Below are positions 24,601-35,706 of a stretch of 64,000 bases of DNA, one piece after another. The notes beneath the pieces were generated by a model that was not told the origin of the DNA, did no database searches, and worked only from the letters and a program-made list of their open reading frames with translations. A program made the position numbers and the translations under genes. This stretch comes from Raillietiella orientalis. Its lineage: Eukaryota. The stretch spans positions 1,674,001-1,738,000 of the forward strand of contig JAYWIR010000034.1 in assembly GCA_036172245.1 (NCBI GenBank), in the 5' to 3' direction. The number at the start of each line of letters is the position of its first letter. Position 1 is the first letter of the stretch.

Positions 24601-26480
24601 GGCGAGGAGGTCACGTCCTCCTCCTCAAACTGGAGGAGGGGTGGGAAGAAGTGCAGCAGCGACTTCCGCCGGCGTCGGTCGCGAGGAAGCGGAAGGTCCT
24701 GGTGGTTTGCTCCGATGGAGCAACGGAAGCTGCGCGCCCTCAGCAGGAGCAGAAAAGGCCTCCGCCCAGACGCGATCACGATGGATCTGCGGAACGGAGG
24801 CGGATCCCCCCCACTAGGGTGCTCTCTAGGACCCCCGGAGACGCGCCTGGGGATGTTGCGGAACCACGGCGATGGTAACACCAGAGGAGACGATGGGGAG
24901 GGGAAGGAAGTCTGGTTCCCAGAATCGGCAGGGTACGCGTCCAGGTCATCGACCGGTCCAGGTCCGGGATCGTCTTTTCCTCCGTACCTCCTGAACCCCT
25001 CCCTGTCCTCCTCCCTCCCTCATGCCCCGGCGCCTCCCCGGGGGGCGTCTCCCCTGATAACGAGGAGCTGGCTGGCTTCCTCTCCTGTCTGGGCGGCTGT
25101 TTCGGGAACCAGCCGGAGACGGTGGCCACAAGGGCTGCTGTAGGGAAGGAAAGGGTCTGGAAAGAGAAGGGCGAGGAAAGTAGGCGTGGCTTCGTCGCCA
25201 CGTTTACTTTCCCCGGCGGCTGCGAGGTCCGGGCGTAGTAGGCCCACCACCTTTCTTTCAGGAGGTTCGGAAGACATCCCGGAAGTGCCTCCTCTTGCTC
25301 TTCCTTCCTTTCTTCTCTGCACCCTCCAACGTTTTTTTTTAAACGGCTCTGTCGCTGTCGTCTCGCTTCCTCGTTCCTGCGGGACGGATCGAAGGCGACT
25401 CAGCGCACGAGGGACGTGCAGCGGCAGCTACGAAGACACCGCCCTTCCTCCCCCTTCCATCCTCTCTCCATTCCCGGCATGCAGTAAGGGAGGGGGGGGG
25501 GGTCGAGAGAAGGTGGGCGGTCTTTCACCGAAGCATCTTCAGCTCGCGAGCGGCGCGCCTGGAAAGGAACGCGGAAAGGAGGGAGGGAGGAGCGCAACGC
25601 ACGCGACGTCGAGGCGCGCGCCATCTCTTCGCATCTCGCAGAAGTTCTTCCGGGCACCGGAAAGAACCGCTGCCTGCTGTTCCTTCGGAGAGCGGTTACG
25701 AGCGGGTACGAGCGCCATCGGGAGAAGGCAGGGGAGGAGGGAGACTGGAAGGAGAGACCTTGCGTCTCGTGAGCAGGGAGCCGGTGGCTGCAGGTCCCCA
25801 GAAGACACGTCCCGGCTCGTCTTTCCGTCCGCAGTCAGCGAGCGCGCCCCGCCCAAGCTGTCAGGAAGGCGGGAGAGCGGAGCGCCGCGCGCAGTCTTCG
25901 TTCCCAAGTTCTCTCTCCGGACAGGCCTGCAGAGGGGAAGAAGAAGGGGGGGGGTGGAAGGGAAGACACGTCCTCGCCGGAGCAGTCCCAGCGGGGAACG
26001 CCGCTCGCCAAGGCGGGCTGCGTCGCCTCGGAGCACGTGGGCGGCGACAAGCAGAAGCTCAAGCGTCGTCATCCACAGCTTGGGACTCCGACAGGCGAGG
26101 CGACGCTCTTCCTGTCCGGCTGACGCAGGTCACCGCCGGCCGGAGGAGCAGCCACCCAGCGAGGAGGAAGTCATCGTCGTCGCCGTCAGGCACTATGTGG
26201 CGGGAACGCTCGGGGCGCCTCTGATGGAGACGGCAAACGGACTGACGCTAGATGAGCGGAGGCGGTGGCGCTGCTAGCGGAGGGCGGGGCGGCTGAACTG
26301 TCGGGAGGGATGGCCGCAGCAGAAAAAGGTGATGAGGAGGACGAGGGATAGGCTGAAAGTGATGGTGTCAGCGCTGCTGGCATACCCTCAGAAAGGGAAG
26401 CACAGATGGCTTACGGGACGGGCAGTGACGCGGGCGGCTGGCTGCCCAACCCTCTGGACGCGTCTGCCACTGCAGCTGCA
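18640..26480. other. GC/CpG-rich domain 2
   Basis: About 65-70% GC by eye, bounded by TA-rich low-complexity tracts at 17.95-18.63 kb and 26.49-26.83 kb. Confidence 0.88.
20868..21001. repeat. Degenerate minisatellite, about 13-17 nt unit (gcagcagtgtgtcct-like)
   Basis: Successive imperfect copies such as gcatcagtgtatgtatt, gcagcagtgtgccct, gcatcagtatgtctt, gcagcagcgtgttct, gcatcagtgtcgt and cagcagtgtgtcct. Confidence 0.7.
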
Positions 26481-26489
26481 GCCGCACAT

Positions 26490-26830
26490 CTGCATCTGCG
26501 TATCTACACCTCCCTCTCTACATCTGCATATCTATATATCTTTCCATGTCTATACATGCCTGTAAATCTGTTTCGATACATCTGTGTACCTGTATATCTG
26601 CATGCCTGTGCTCCGATATCTGTGCATCTATACGTGTATCTGTGCATATCTGTATATGTCCGTACTAACCTAACTTAACCTACCCACCATGCCTACATTT
26701 GTATGTCTGGATATCTCTCTATATCTACATGTCTATATGTATCTGTATCTATCTATGTATATATGCACTGTGAAGTGATGTGTGTGTATGCGTATACGTA
26801 CCTGTATGTCTGTGTATGTGTACACACACA
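26490..26830. repeat. Degenerate TATCTG/TATG simple-repeat tract
   Basis: Repeated atctgcat/tatctgta/tatgtc units ending in TG and CA dinucleotide runs. Confidence 0.8.
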
Positions 26831-27869
26831 CCACTGAACGTTCAAAAAGGGTAATTACAATGAGGAGAGGGACGAGAGAAGCGGCGGAGAATCCTGATGG
26901 AATCGGAGAATGCGGACAGGAAAAGCGGTGCTGCTACTATGACGACTCCACCGGAGAGGAGGCGGTGCGTGACTACTCTCGGAGAGGTAGCGCTGCCGGA
27001 GAAAGCTGGGTCCTTATTGTGGATGGCTGAGATCCGCTCTCGGTGTGCAGCCGGAGTCCAGGCAAGAGGAGGCTGGCACCTCTGAGAGCTGAAGGTCACG
27101 AAGAGAACTCGGGAAGTGCGCCGGCCGGAGCACTCCAACCACCCCACCAGAGCTTCCTGTGCTTGACCTTCCCTGCACTCGCAGGAGAGGACAGCTTGAA
27201 GCAGAGCCTGGACCCTTGCGAAAATGCAGGTGGGTCTCTGGAGATGTCGAACAGAGACTGAAAGAGCAAGAGGCACGCGGGAGGTGCTGTGCGCGGAAGA
27301 GGACGCTTCTGGATGGGTGCACGCTTCTGGAGGGACGGCTATTGTCGGTGGTCGAGGCGCGGTCTCCCTGCGGCGCCGGTTCGCAGCAAAGGAGCGGGGA
27401 GGAAGCGGCGTGCGAGCGCGGCCTCATAGCATGGGCAACACCCAGAGCATCTCTGGATGTTGCGTCGGCAGGGAGCCTTCCGCGCGCAGAACACTGCGTC
27501 TGTGGGGGTGACTTCTGGCGACGCCCCCCAGGTGTACGCCCCCAGGCAACTGAGAAGAGGCAAGCCGATCGTCACCACACCCCAATCGCTATAGCCAGGT
27601 GATACGCTCGCCAGGATGCTCGGGTGCAGGGTGAGACGGCGATCCTCAGAATTTGGTGCGATCTTTCCATAGAGATCACACCAGATTCTGAGCCCTGAAA
27701 AATGGCACCTTTCGGATTCGTCCCTCTCTCCTCCGGGATGTCCGCAGGTTGAAAGGTTTCAAATAACGTCCTATCGTAGGTGGACAGCCGGATGAGCCCC
27801 CAGCTTCTTCGTTTTCCGAGATGCTAAATGTTTGTGGTTGTTTAGAGGATTCTTGTGATGGAACCCTAT

Positions 27870-27912
27870 CGACCCATCCGTTGTCTGGCAGTGCTAGACA
27901 ACCGATGGGTCG
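27870..27912. repeat. 43 nt quasi-palindrome (21 bp arms)
   Basis: cgacccatccgttgtctggca-g-tgctagacaaccgatgggtcg; 19 of 21 Watson-Crick pairs. Confidence 0.8.
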
Positions 27913-29699
27913 CCCCGAATCAGCTTGAAGCAGGAACGGACATCCGGACCACGGCTGGATCACCAGAACGAGGCTTCCATCAGGGTGAAGTTCACGACCT
28001 CATCAAAGCGCCGTCGCGATGGCAATCGTGGCGAAGAGTAAGGGGCCTGCTCGTTCCTCGTGGATTCGTGCTCAATTCGGAGCAGGAAGGAAACAAAGAG
28101 GAGAGAGACCTCGGCAATGGCGAAGCAACGGGCGAGTGTTCGGTGACGAGCGCTGATCAGAGACAGCTGGAAGCAGAGGATCATCAAGCGGAACTGTGAT
28201 GACGACCCAGTCGCTTTGTGAATGGGTGCCTTGGCTCTTCAAAGATGCCCTGTGATTCGAAGGACGTCTCCATTTGGAGGAGGGTCACTTCTCCTGAAGT
28301 CAGCAGCGACTGCCCTATCGAAGGACCCTCCTTGGAACAGCAAGGGCAGCTTTCTTGTGATCGATTCTGGGAATCCATCAGTGGAATGCTAGAACACCAG
28401 GAAGTGTTGATGCCATGTTTAGCAGAGTGCATTCCAGAAACGAATGTCCGTTCACGATCCCCTTTGTTTCGGGAGGAGAAACCCACCATCCAATATGGCT
28501 CGACCCTCATCTGCTTCTTCTAGACATCCACCTGAATCCACCGAGGGCGAGAAGGTGCAATTCGACCGAGGCAACGGAAGGAGAACGGAAGGTGGTGGGA
28601 GAAGGTTCCGGATTGTTCCGTGCCGCTGTTCTTTGCATGTTAACTGCACTGTTATACCACCTCCCGACAACGAGCGCTCTTTCAAGGCGCTTTTTTTTTC
28701 TTCACCTCTCGATCTGAAGCGTCGCGGGGGCGTGTTGAAAGGCACTGAATAAGAGTCGGAGGAAAACCGAGATCAGGTTACAGACCCCAACAGTGATGCA
28801 AAAAAAAAAGAGAACCAAAGAGGATCCGAGGAAACAAGAAAAAAAAAGAAGCGAAATATGAACCATGGCGAAATGGGGACAACTAAGGTGCATCAGATTT
28901 TGATCGAAAAAGATTTCCAGTGGTTCCAGCACCATTTTTTTCCTTATTGCTCTTTTGAAAGGTGCCATCTTCTTGAGATTTCTTACGAGCATTTTGCTTG
29001 CGACCTAGCTGCTGCATCTGAGCTTCAGGGAAAACACGAACTTTTCCGCTCAGGATGAGATTGCAAACAAACCCCTAGGGCGGTGTCCTTTGCGAGCAGC
29101 TTTCAAGAGATTCACGCAGTCACTCAGGATTTTCGGTTCACGGGAGCTGTCGACGGACACGTGCCAAAATCTGCCTTGCTGCCATGAGCAACCGATCCCA
29201 GTTCCACGGTTACACATCTCGATCCTATCAAATATCCAGCTCAACAGCACCCATGAGTCATCTATCACAAGTTTCTTTCTTCTATTATCTTTTTCAAGCA
29301 TGCAGTAGAATTCATGTAGACGGATGCAGCTGCATGGATTACTTCCATACTTTCTCCTTTTCTTCTGATCTACGTGCACGCTGGTTCCCTCAGTGCCAGT
29401 TTCATTTTTTCCGACCCTCAGGACTCACTGCCAGCATCCGTAGTAGAGTTGTTTGAGGTCTCCTCGGTTGGGCGGACAACTCCGAGAAGGAATTGGGCGT
29501 TTCCACCGCGTACGAATGCAAACCACGAAGCGTCCCGCTCAAAGAAAGACAAAGAGCACGAGCGTACGAGTGCAGTTTGTTGTTAAGACCGCTTGCGGGT
29601 GTTCACCGGTCGTGTGAAGCTGGCGAACACTCTCAGGAGCGACCTCTAAGTGGCCGGTCCAGAACGAACGTGGAATTCGGTGACCGCATGGATTCAGAC

Positions 29700-29999
29700 T
29701 TGCGGAAGACGCATCACTAAATGTGATGAATCGTTCGGACCTCCTTTTCCGAACGCCCTGCACAGCTCCCCTTCCCCCTCATCTCCAAAGATTGGGACCA
29801 ATTTTTCCAACCAGCACTTTCGCCGATCCTTGATGACCGAAAGCAAAAACTCGGCCCCTTTGCTGAAGGAACGCGTCATTACCGAGCATGCAGACGGAAT
29901 CACGAACGAACTGCTGAGGCACATGCACTGTGCAGTTTCCACTAATAGTGAGACGATCAAGGCGCCGATATGATAGCGCATGAGCAGCAGCTGGAATGC
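29700..29999 (-). other. Isolated exon-like segment (100 open codons, phase 0-0)
   Basis: Acceptor tctctatttcag and donor gtctga flank AFQLLLMRYHIGALIVSLLVETAQ...HLVMRLPQ. Neighbouring minus-strand ORF fragments lie at 28702-29379. Confidence 0.3.
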
Positions 30000-32900
30000 C
30001 TGAAATAGAGAACCAAAAGAGTAAACAGGTGGATGGATGGCCTTTCTCTGGAAGAACACTCTTCCTCAACGGCTTCGAGAAAAGTACAAAGTTCCTGATG
30101 ACAAAGGAAAAGCAACGCACGCCATTAGAAATACCACTGCTGCAAAAAAAAAAAAAGAAAGAAAGAAACGAAGTGTAGCAACTATGAAAGCAAAACACAC
30201 ACACTCGGATAATAATATGCTAATGTGCCTGGATCATCTCATAAGCGACGCACAGTAGTCATTCCAGCCTGACTTATACAAATTACCTTTACGAAAATAC
30301 AAGAGGCTTTGGTTTCATGAATTTCCAGTCGCATTCATTATCCACCTTCGCTCGTCCCGCAGAAGGATGTGGATGATCCGAGGAGCGCTGCCATCCGATC
30401 ATGCATGAAAACATGCTTTGCCAACTCGAACAGCAGTTGGGAAGCTTTCTGCACTTTGTGATGACACCTGGTGAACGTCACATCTGCTTTCCGAAGACAG
30501 AGTGCAAATAATTTAGGGAGCGCAAAACTCTAGGCAGCACTTGAGAATATTTAACAAAAGTGATGGTTTCGATAAAGTTAGGTTATATATAATTCTTGAC
30601 TTCTTTCGGCGTTTTCCTTTCCATATTAACGCAACGAAGAGTCGGGTCCTCTCCATTTCATCTTCTCCGAAGGGAACCCGGAAAGGATCCTCTAGTAGAA
30701 ATTTCTTCTCCGGAGGGCACCCGCAAGGGAACCGCTCCTGCTCACTCCTCTGAAGAGAACCCCGATGGGACGCTTCCGAAATATAGAAGGGACGCTGCAG
30801 CTTCCCACAGGGAGATTCCTTGCACTCTTCTGGAGAGGAGACGACTCGGAGGGCCCCCCCTGCAATAGGGGGGTCCGCTCCTTTGAACAGCTGGAGAGGT
30901 GCCCGTGAGGGCTCCTGCTCCATCTTGAAACCGGAGGGGTCCCCCGATGAGGGGGGTCCGCTCTCCGTTGAACGACAGGAGGGGGAACTCCCCACTCCTT
31001 TATTCCTGGGAAGACCCGAAGGTCGACTCCCATTGTTCCGGCCTTCATCGGGGGCCTCCGGCTTAATTTACCACCGGTGCCACGCCCGAATGTCTCGGCC
31101 AACCGGTGCCATTGCAAGAGAAACTCTGAACCCAACGATGCAGTGGCGTCAGTTTCTGCCGGAGTATTCGAACCCGCGACGCATGGTATCACACACAAAG
31201 TCTCCGCCGCGGGCAGCAGAAAAGCATCAGCACCGTCAAAGGATACTTTGAAACATATGCAAAATCCCTTTGCAACAAAGTGTACATTTGACGAGGGAGA
31301 AAAGAGAGCACCAACGCTTGCAGCAAATACAAGCAGAACCCGCTACTTATATTTGCTGCACTACAGCTTGGTGCAAACACAAAAGTGTGAAGACTTCATC
31401 AGCAACGGGGTCAAATGCTCAGTTCGTGATTTAGCTCTACATGGTACTCGTCACGTACAGCATTGATGTCCAGATACGGACCTCACCGTGTAAGTCTTGA
31501 ATTATGCATGCTGGAAATCATCCATGCTTCCTTATTCGGCTCGCTATTGTGCCTTTTCCCGATCATCGAGTCATTTGGGTGGAAATGACAGAATGGTCGA
31601 TTAACTACCATTAACACGCGTTCATAAGCTCCGTAAAAACCGTGCTCCATGTCTCTGCACGAGTGCTCTCTCTGTTGGTGTGCAGCCTTTTTCTTTTTTT
31701 TCTTGCTGTTGGAGACGAGCATGCCCCTGTCAAGATGGGATGAGAGTAACCACCGTGGCATCCCGTAACTGTGCTCCCTTCCTGGCTCACTGCTTCACCA
31801 GACAGGAAATGCAGTATGAAGCACTGCTTAGGTTTTCAGCAACTTTCGTGTCCTAAAAAACCCTTGGATGAGGAAAATAGGACTAAAAAAAAGCCATGCA
31901 TGCTCGAGTCGCGGCGACCAGCCACATCATCCTCTCGGTGGTGGGAATGCGCGCACCGCTCCTGCTCTTCCGGCAGGAGAGGTGCGTCGTCCTCCGTGCG
32001 AATCCCAGCTGTGGTGTTCTGTCCCTTTTTGCTTTTTCCTTTTCTTTTCAAATCACCCACAAGAACACAAACTACAATGCGCGGTTTCTGGAAGTTGCTG
32101 AAGATTCACATGAAAATCAGCTTGAATTAAGATCGGCCTTGTGCTTGGAGAGTCGAAAGACCGCTCCCCGAGTGTGCCAGCGGCAGAGAAAAGTTTACGT
32201 ACTCCCCGGGACACTTCCAGAAGTTCACGTTATCGGTTTTGCACGTAATGACGTGCAAAAGGAATTTTCCTAGGATCGATAAGGATCCCATTCCATTCGT
32301 TTGTTTCATCGCACCTAAAAACTTGCCAGAGAAAAAGTTTTCGTGCGAACGGTGACAATTTGGGGACAAGATTTGTGCAACTGTTCCAATTTGCAATGTC
32401 AGCCATGGAATTTCAGCCAGGCCCAAACATCCGAGTGATGGATATCTCTGAAGGATAAGGCCAAGTTATTGCCTGTTGGTGCATTTGGGTCTCTTTCGGT
32501 GCTTTTCTTCATCTTTCTGTTACTTGGAGCAAATGTTTCCAGCTTTCAGTGCTGCCTGCGTTTTATACCGATTCCATCTTCCAGTGTCACAAATCTTTGA
32601 TTATTTCAAGCGGTGTGCACTGCTCTTTGTACTTGGCAATCATTTTATTCCTTTAAAGCTGATAATTTTCCGGTCCTCGCTACATACGTAAGCAGCATTT
32701 TTATCAAAATTCACTTTTCTTCTGTGTATCTCTAGATAACCGAGTTCCCTTTTGTAAAAAGGACCTTGAACTAGTTTACTGAATAAACATTCCAAGAAAG
32801 TTAGTAATTTCCTCATTTTAACTGTCCACAACACTAAGCATGGGAATGTTCATTAAGTAGGCGTTTCACATGTGTAGAATTCCATGAAACACGTAAAGCT

Positions 32901-33612
32901 TACCATTTTTTAAACACACGCTTCATGTGATATACATAATGTAGTTTCTGTACGCTGTTTACACCTGTAAAACTTGTTAGTCCTTGGAAAAAAAAAAAAA
33001 AAAAAAAAGAGGGACACTTGCAAGTCTCACAGACTCGTGAAAATGTAAAACGCTTGAAAATCTTAAGAGATACATAGTATGCCACTATGTGTAGTGATTG
33101 TAGTTGTCTTCCTGCGGTTGGGGATCAGATACCATTAATGAACTGCTCAACATATGCAGATGGCAATGAATCTTCATTCAGTTCAGAAGATACAATTTTT
33201 TAGCTCCAAACATCCAGGAACTTACAGTCCTCAAAACTGTTAATACTGATGTAGGTAAATGATCTGCTATTGCTAAACAATAACCATATGATGTAAGTAA
33301 ACCATGTAGTTGTTGATTAGTGGTCACTTATTTTGTTATATTTCAATGACCACAAAAAAAACACAAAAATGTATTTTTCATCCCTCTTTTCATGTTTCCT
33401 TAAATGCTTTTGGTGGGTTTGGATGCTACAGCTCATTATGTAAAGGAGCTTCAAAACTGTATGTGCAAATAATTTACACCTGTATTTTCCATTTTACTTC
33501 CAGCCCATCATTTTCACAAATAAGATTTAGCAAATTTCACCCGCCTCAAAACTTGTACTGCCACATGTTTCTTGAATTATTAACTATTTCTCACATCTTC
33601 CTGTGGGTCATC

Positions 33613-35088
33613 TTATGCATATTTATAGAAACCCTCTCCTGTCTTCTTTCCTAACTTATTTTCTGCCACTAGAGCTTCCAATGTCTTGGGCACAATGAAA
33701 AGGGGCTCATTGGGATACTCCTCATGCAAGCTCTCTAAAATGAATTTCATGGTATCCAGACCTACAGTATCCATCAATTCAAAAGGTCCCATTGGGTACC
33801 CAGCACCAAATTTCATGGCTGCATCAATGTCCTTGGGAGATGCATCCCCTATAATACAAATAATCCATGCATCATACACAAAAATGAACATACCCCGTTC
33901 CAACATTTGCACTGCATCAACTAAATAAGGAAGTAACAAGCGATTGACAATAAATCCTGGAGAATCTTTACAGCACACAATGTGTTTTTCTAATGTACAA
34001 CCAAAATCAGCCAACTTTTGATAGGTTTCATCAGATGTCTCTTCTGTTTTAACTATCTAAAAATACTTAAATCAAAAGTATGTAACATCACTCTTACTTC
34101 AAGCAGTTTCATTAAAGGTACTGGATTGAAAAAGTGTAATCCCACAAATTTATCCAAACGTGTTGTTACTGCTGCAATTTTCCTAACAGATAAAGAAGAT
34201 GTATTGGTAGCAAAGATAGTATGTTCTGAAGCTGCCTAGAAATGAATTATATCAGTTGATTCAATTGTATCTCTACTTGGTCCAGTTGTTTAAACAGCTC
34301 TTGCTTGCTGTGCAGATTTTCAGCAATGGCCTCAATAATAAGATCAACATTTTTGACAGCTTTCAAGCATTCTGAATGGGTTTGTATTCTTTTCATGCTT
34401 TTTACCACAAACTGTTTTGCTGCCTGTAAGCAGTTCACACTAGCTATTGCTGCATTATCACTAGGCAACTTACAATAAAGTCATTTGCAAATTTCTTTTT
34501 TGCTGTCCGTTCAAGCCCACTTTCGACTGAATTGATCGCTTTTAACAGTGTATCATTGTTAACATCTACAAGGTGTACCATGTGTCCTGTTTGTGCTGCA
34601 ACCTAACATGTGAAATCTATGAATAAAGATATTGCAATAACAATAACCTTTGCTCATTTAAGAGACTACAGTTATGTCACAAAAGTTTAGCCTTTTAATT
34701 ATTTATTAAAATTCACATTCAACATTTGCTGATATTTTTCAGTTAAGTTAAGGGGACATAATTTGGCATATCTCCAACTCATCCACCATCACGTGGTGTC
34801 AAAGGAAAAAATAAAGGGCTATCGGGGGAAAGTTGGGCGACACTATACGTTTACCAAAAGATACAACGCGCTTCTCACTTTACGTACACATTCCTGAAGA
34901 AACAAAGTTATTGCAGCCCAAGGCACATAAATGTATCCGTACATCTTTGTGCAAGAAACCGGAATTACCTGCGCAATGCCAGACCCCATTATTCCACTTC
35001 CCACGACACACACAGTGTTAATTTTCTGATGCATTTTCCAGCTGTGAGAGAAAAAACGCTGCGAAAAACACGGGACCAAGGATGCCAT
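33613..35088 (-). CDS. HADH: Mitochondrial short-chain L-3-hydroxyacyl-CoA dehydrogenase, 310 aa
   Basis: Exons 35088-34969, 34602-34474, 34423-34277, 34235-34098, 34056-33894, 33848-33613 (TAA), all GT-AG and in phase. Rossmann motif [32 protein letters not shown], catalytic [45 protein letters not shown] and [12 protein letters not shown]. The N-terminus lacks acidic residues, consistent with a presequence. Confidence 0.97.
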
Positions 35089-35700
35089 CTTGCAAATGGG
35101 CACACCCTATTCCGGACGGCCGCTACAAACCTACTGAAACAGACCTAATTACAATCACTGCAACCACCAGGAAGAGCGCGTGTTCTTGGCTTCAATTCCC
35201 TCAGATTCATGCACAAAAGTTTGTTATACAAGGCCATTCGGAGGGCCTTTAAACGACCTCGCCGCTCAGAGTTTCCCGTGCTCCTCTCCCTCCATCTTGC
35301 ACTCACGCAGGAATCAGAGAGTACGGATGGACACAAAGCTTGCCAAGGCAACTGGGGGGAAGTTTCTCGAAAATAAATGATCGGTTTACTGTTAGGAACA
35401 TTTTCCTAAACTAGGAAGCCGATGGTCAGAACTATGGAAACTTCTCTTCCAGGAAAAAATAGCACTGTAGCAAACATCCAGACGCGTGAAGCGCACAGAA
35501 CTGCGATTTCTCGTTTGATTTTGAAATGAGGACTCCATGAAAGCTCGATACGAACTCATGATGGTCTCAAAAAATCAAAAAGTTCTATCTGTCACTTTAA
35601 TACGTTCTTCAGAACAAAATGGGGAGAATTTCGAGACAACCCTCAAGAATCCATGTTACCCCATCCATCTAGATGTCTAGAGCACGGAAAGTGTAGCGCT
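35089..35700. promoter_or_regulatory. Probable bidirectional promoter region between HADH and the orphan gene
   Basis: Divergent arrangement about 0.6 kb apart. CpG frequency rises sharply at HADH exon 1 relative to the HADH body. Confidence 0.4.
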
Positions 35701-35706
35701 CAAAAA

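Noticed and set aside
12300..26400. Dozens of overlapping 100-445 aa ORFs on both strands
   Set aside because: Expected from stop-codon scarcity at about 70% GC. Composition is Arg/Gly/Pro/Ala-rich with no motifs, so none is called as a CDS.
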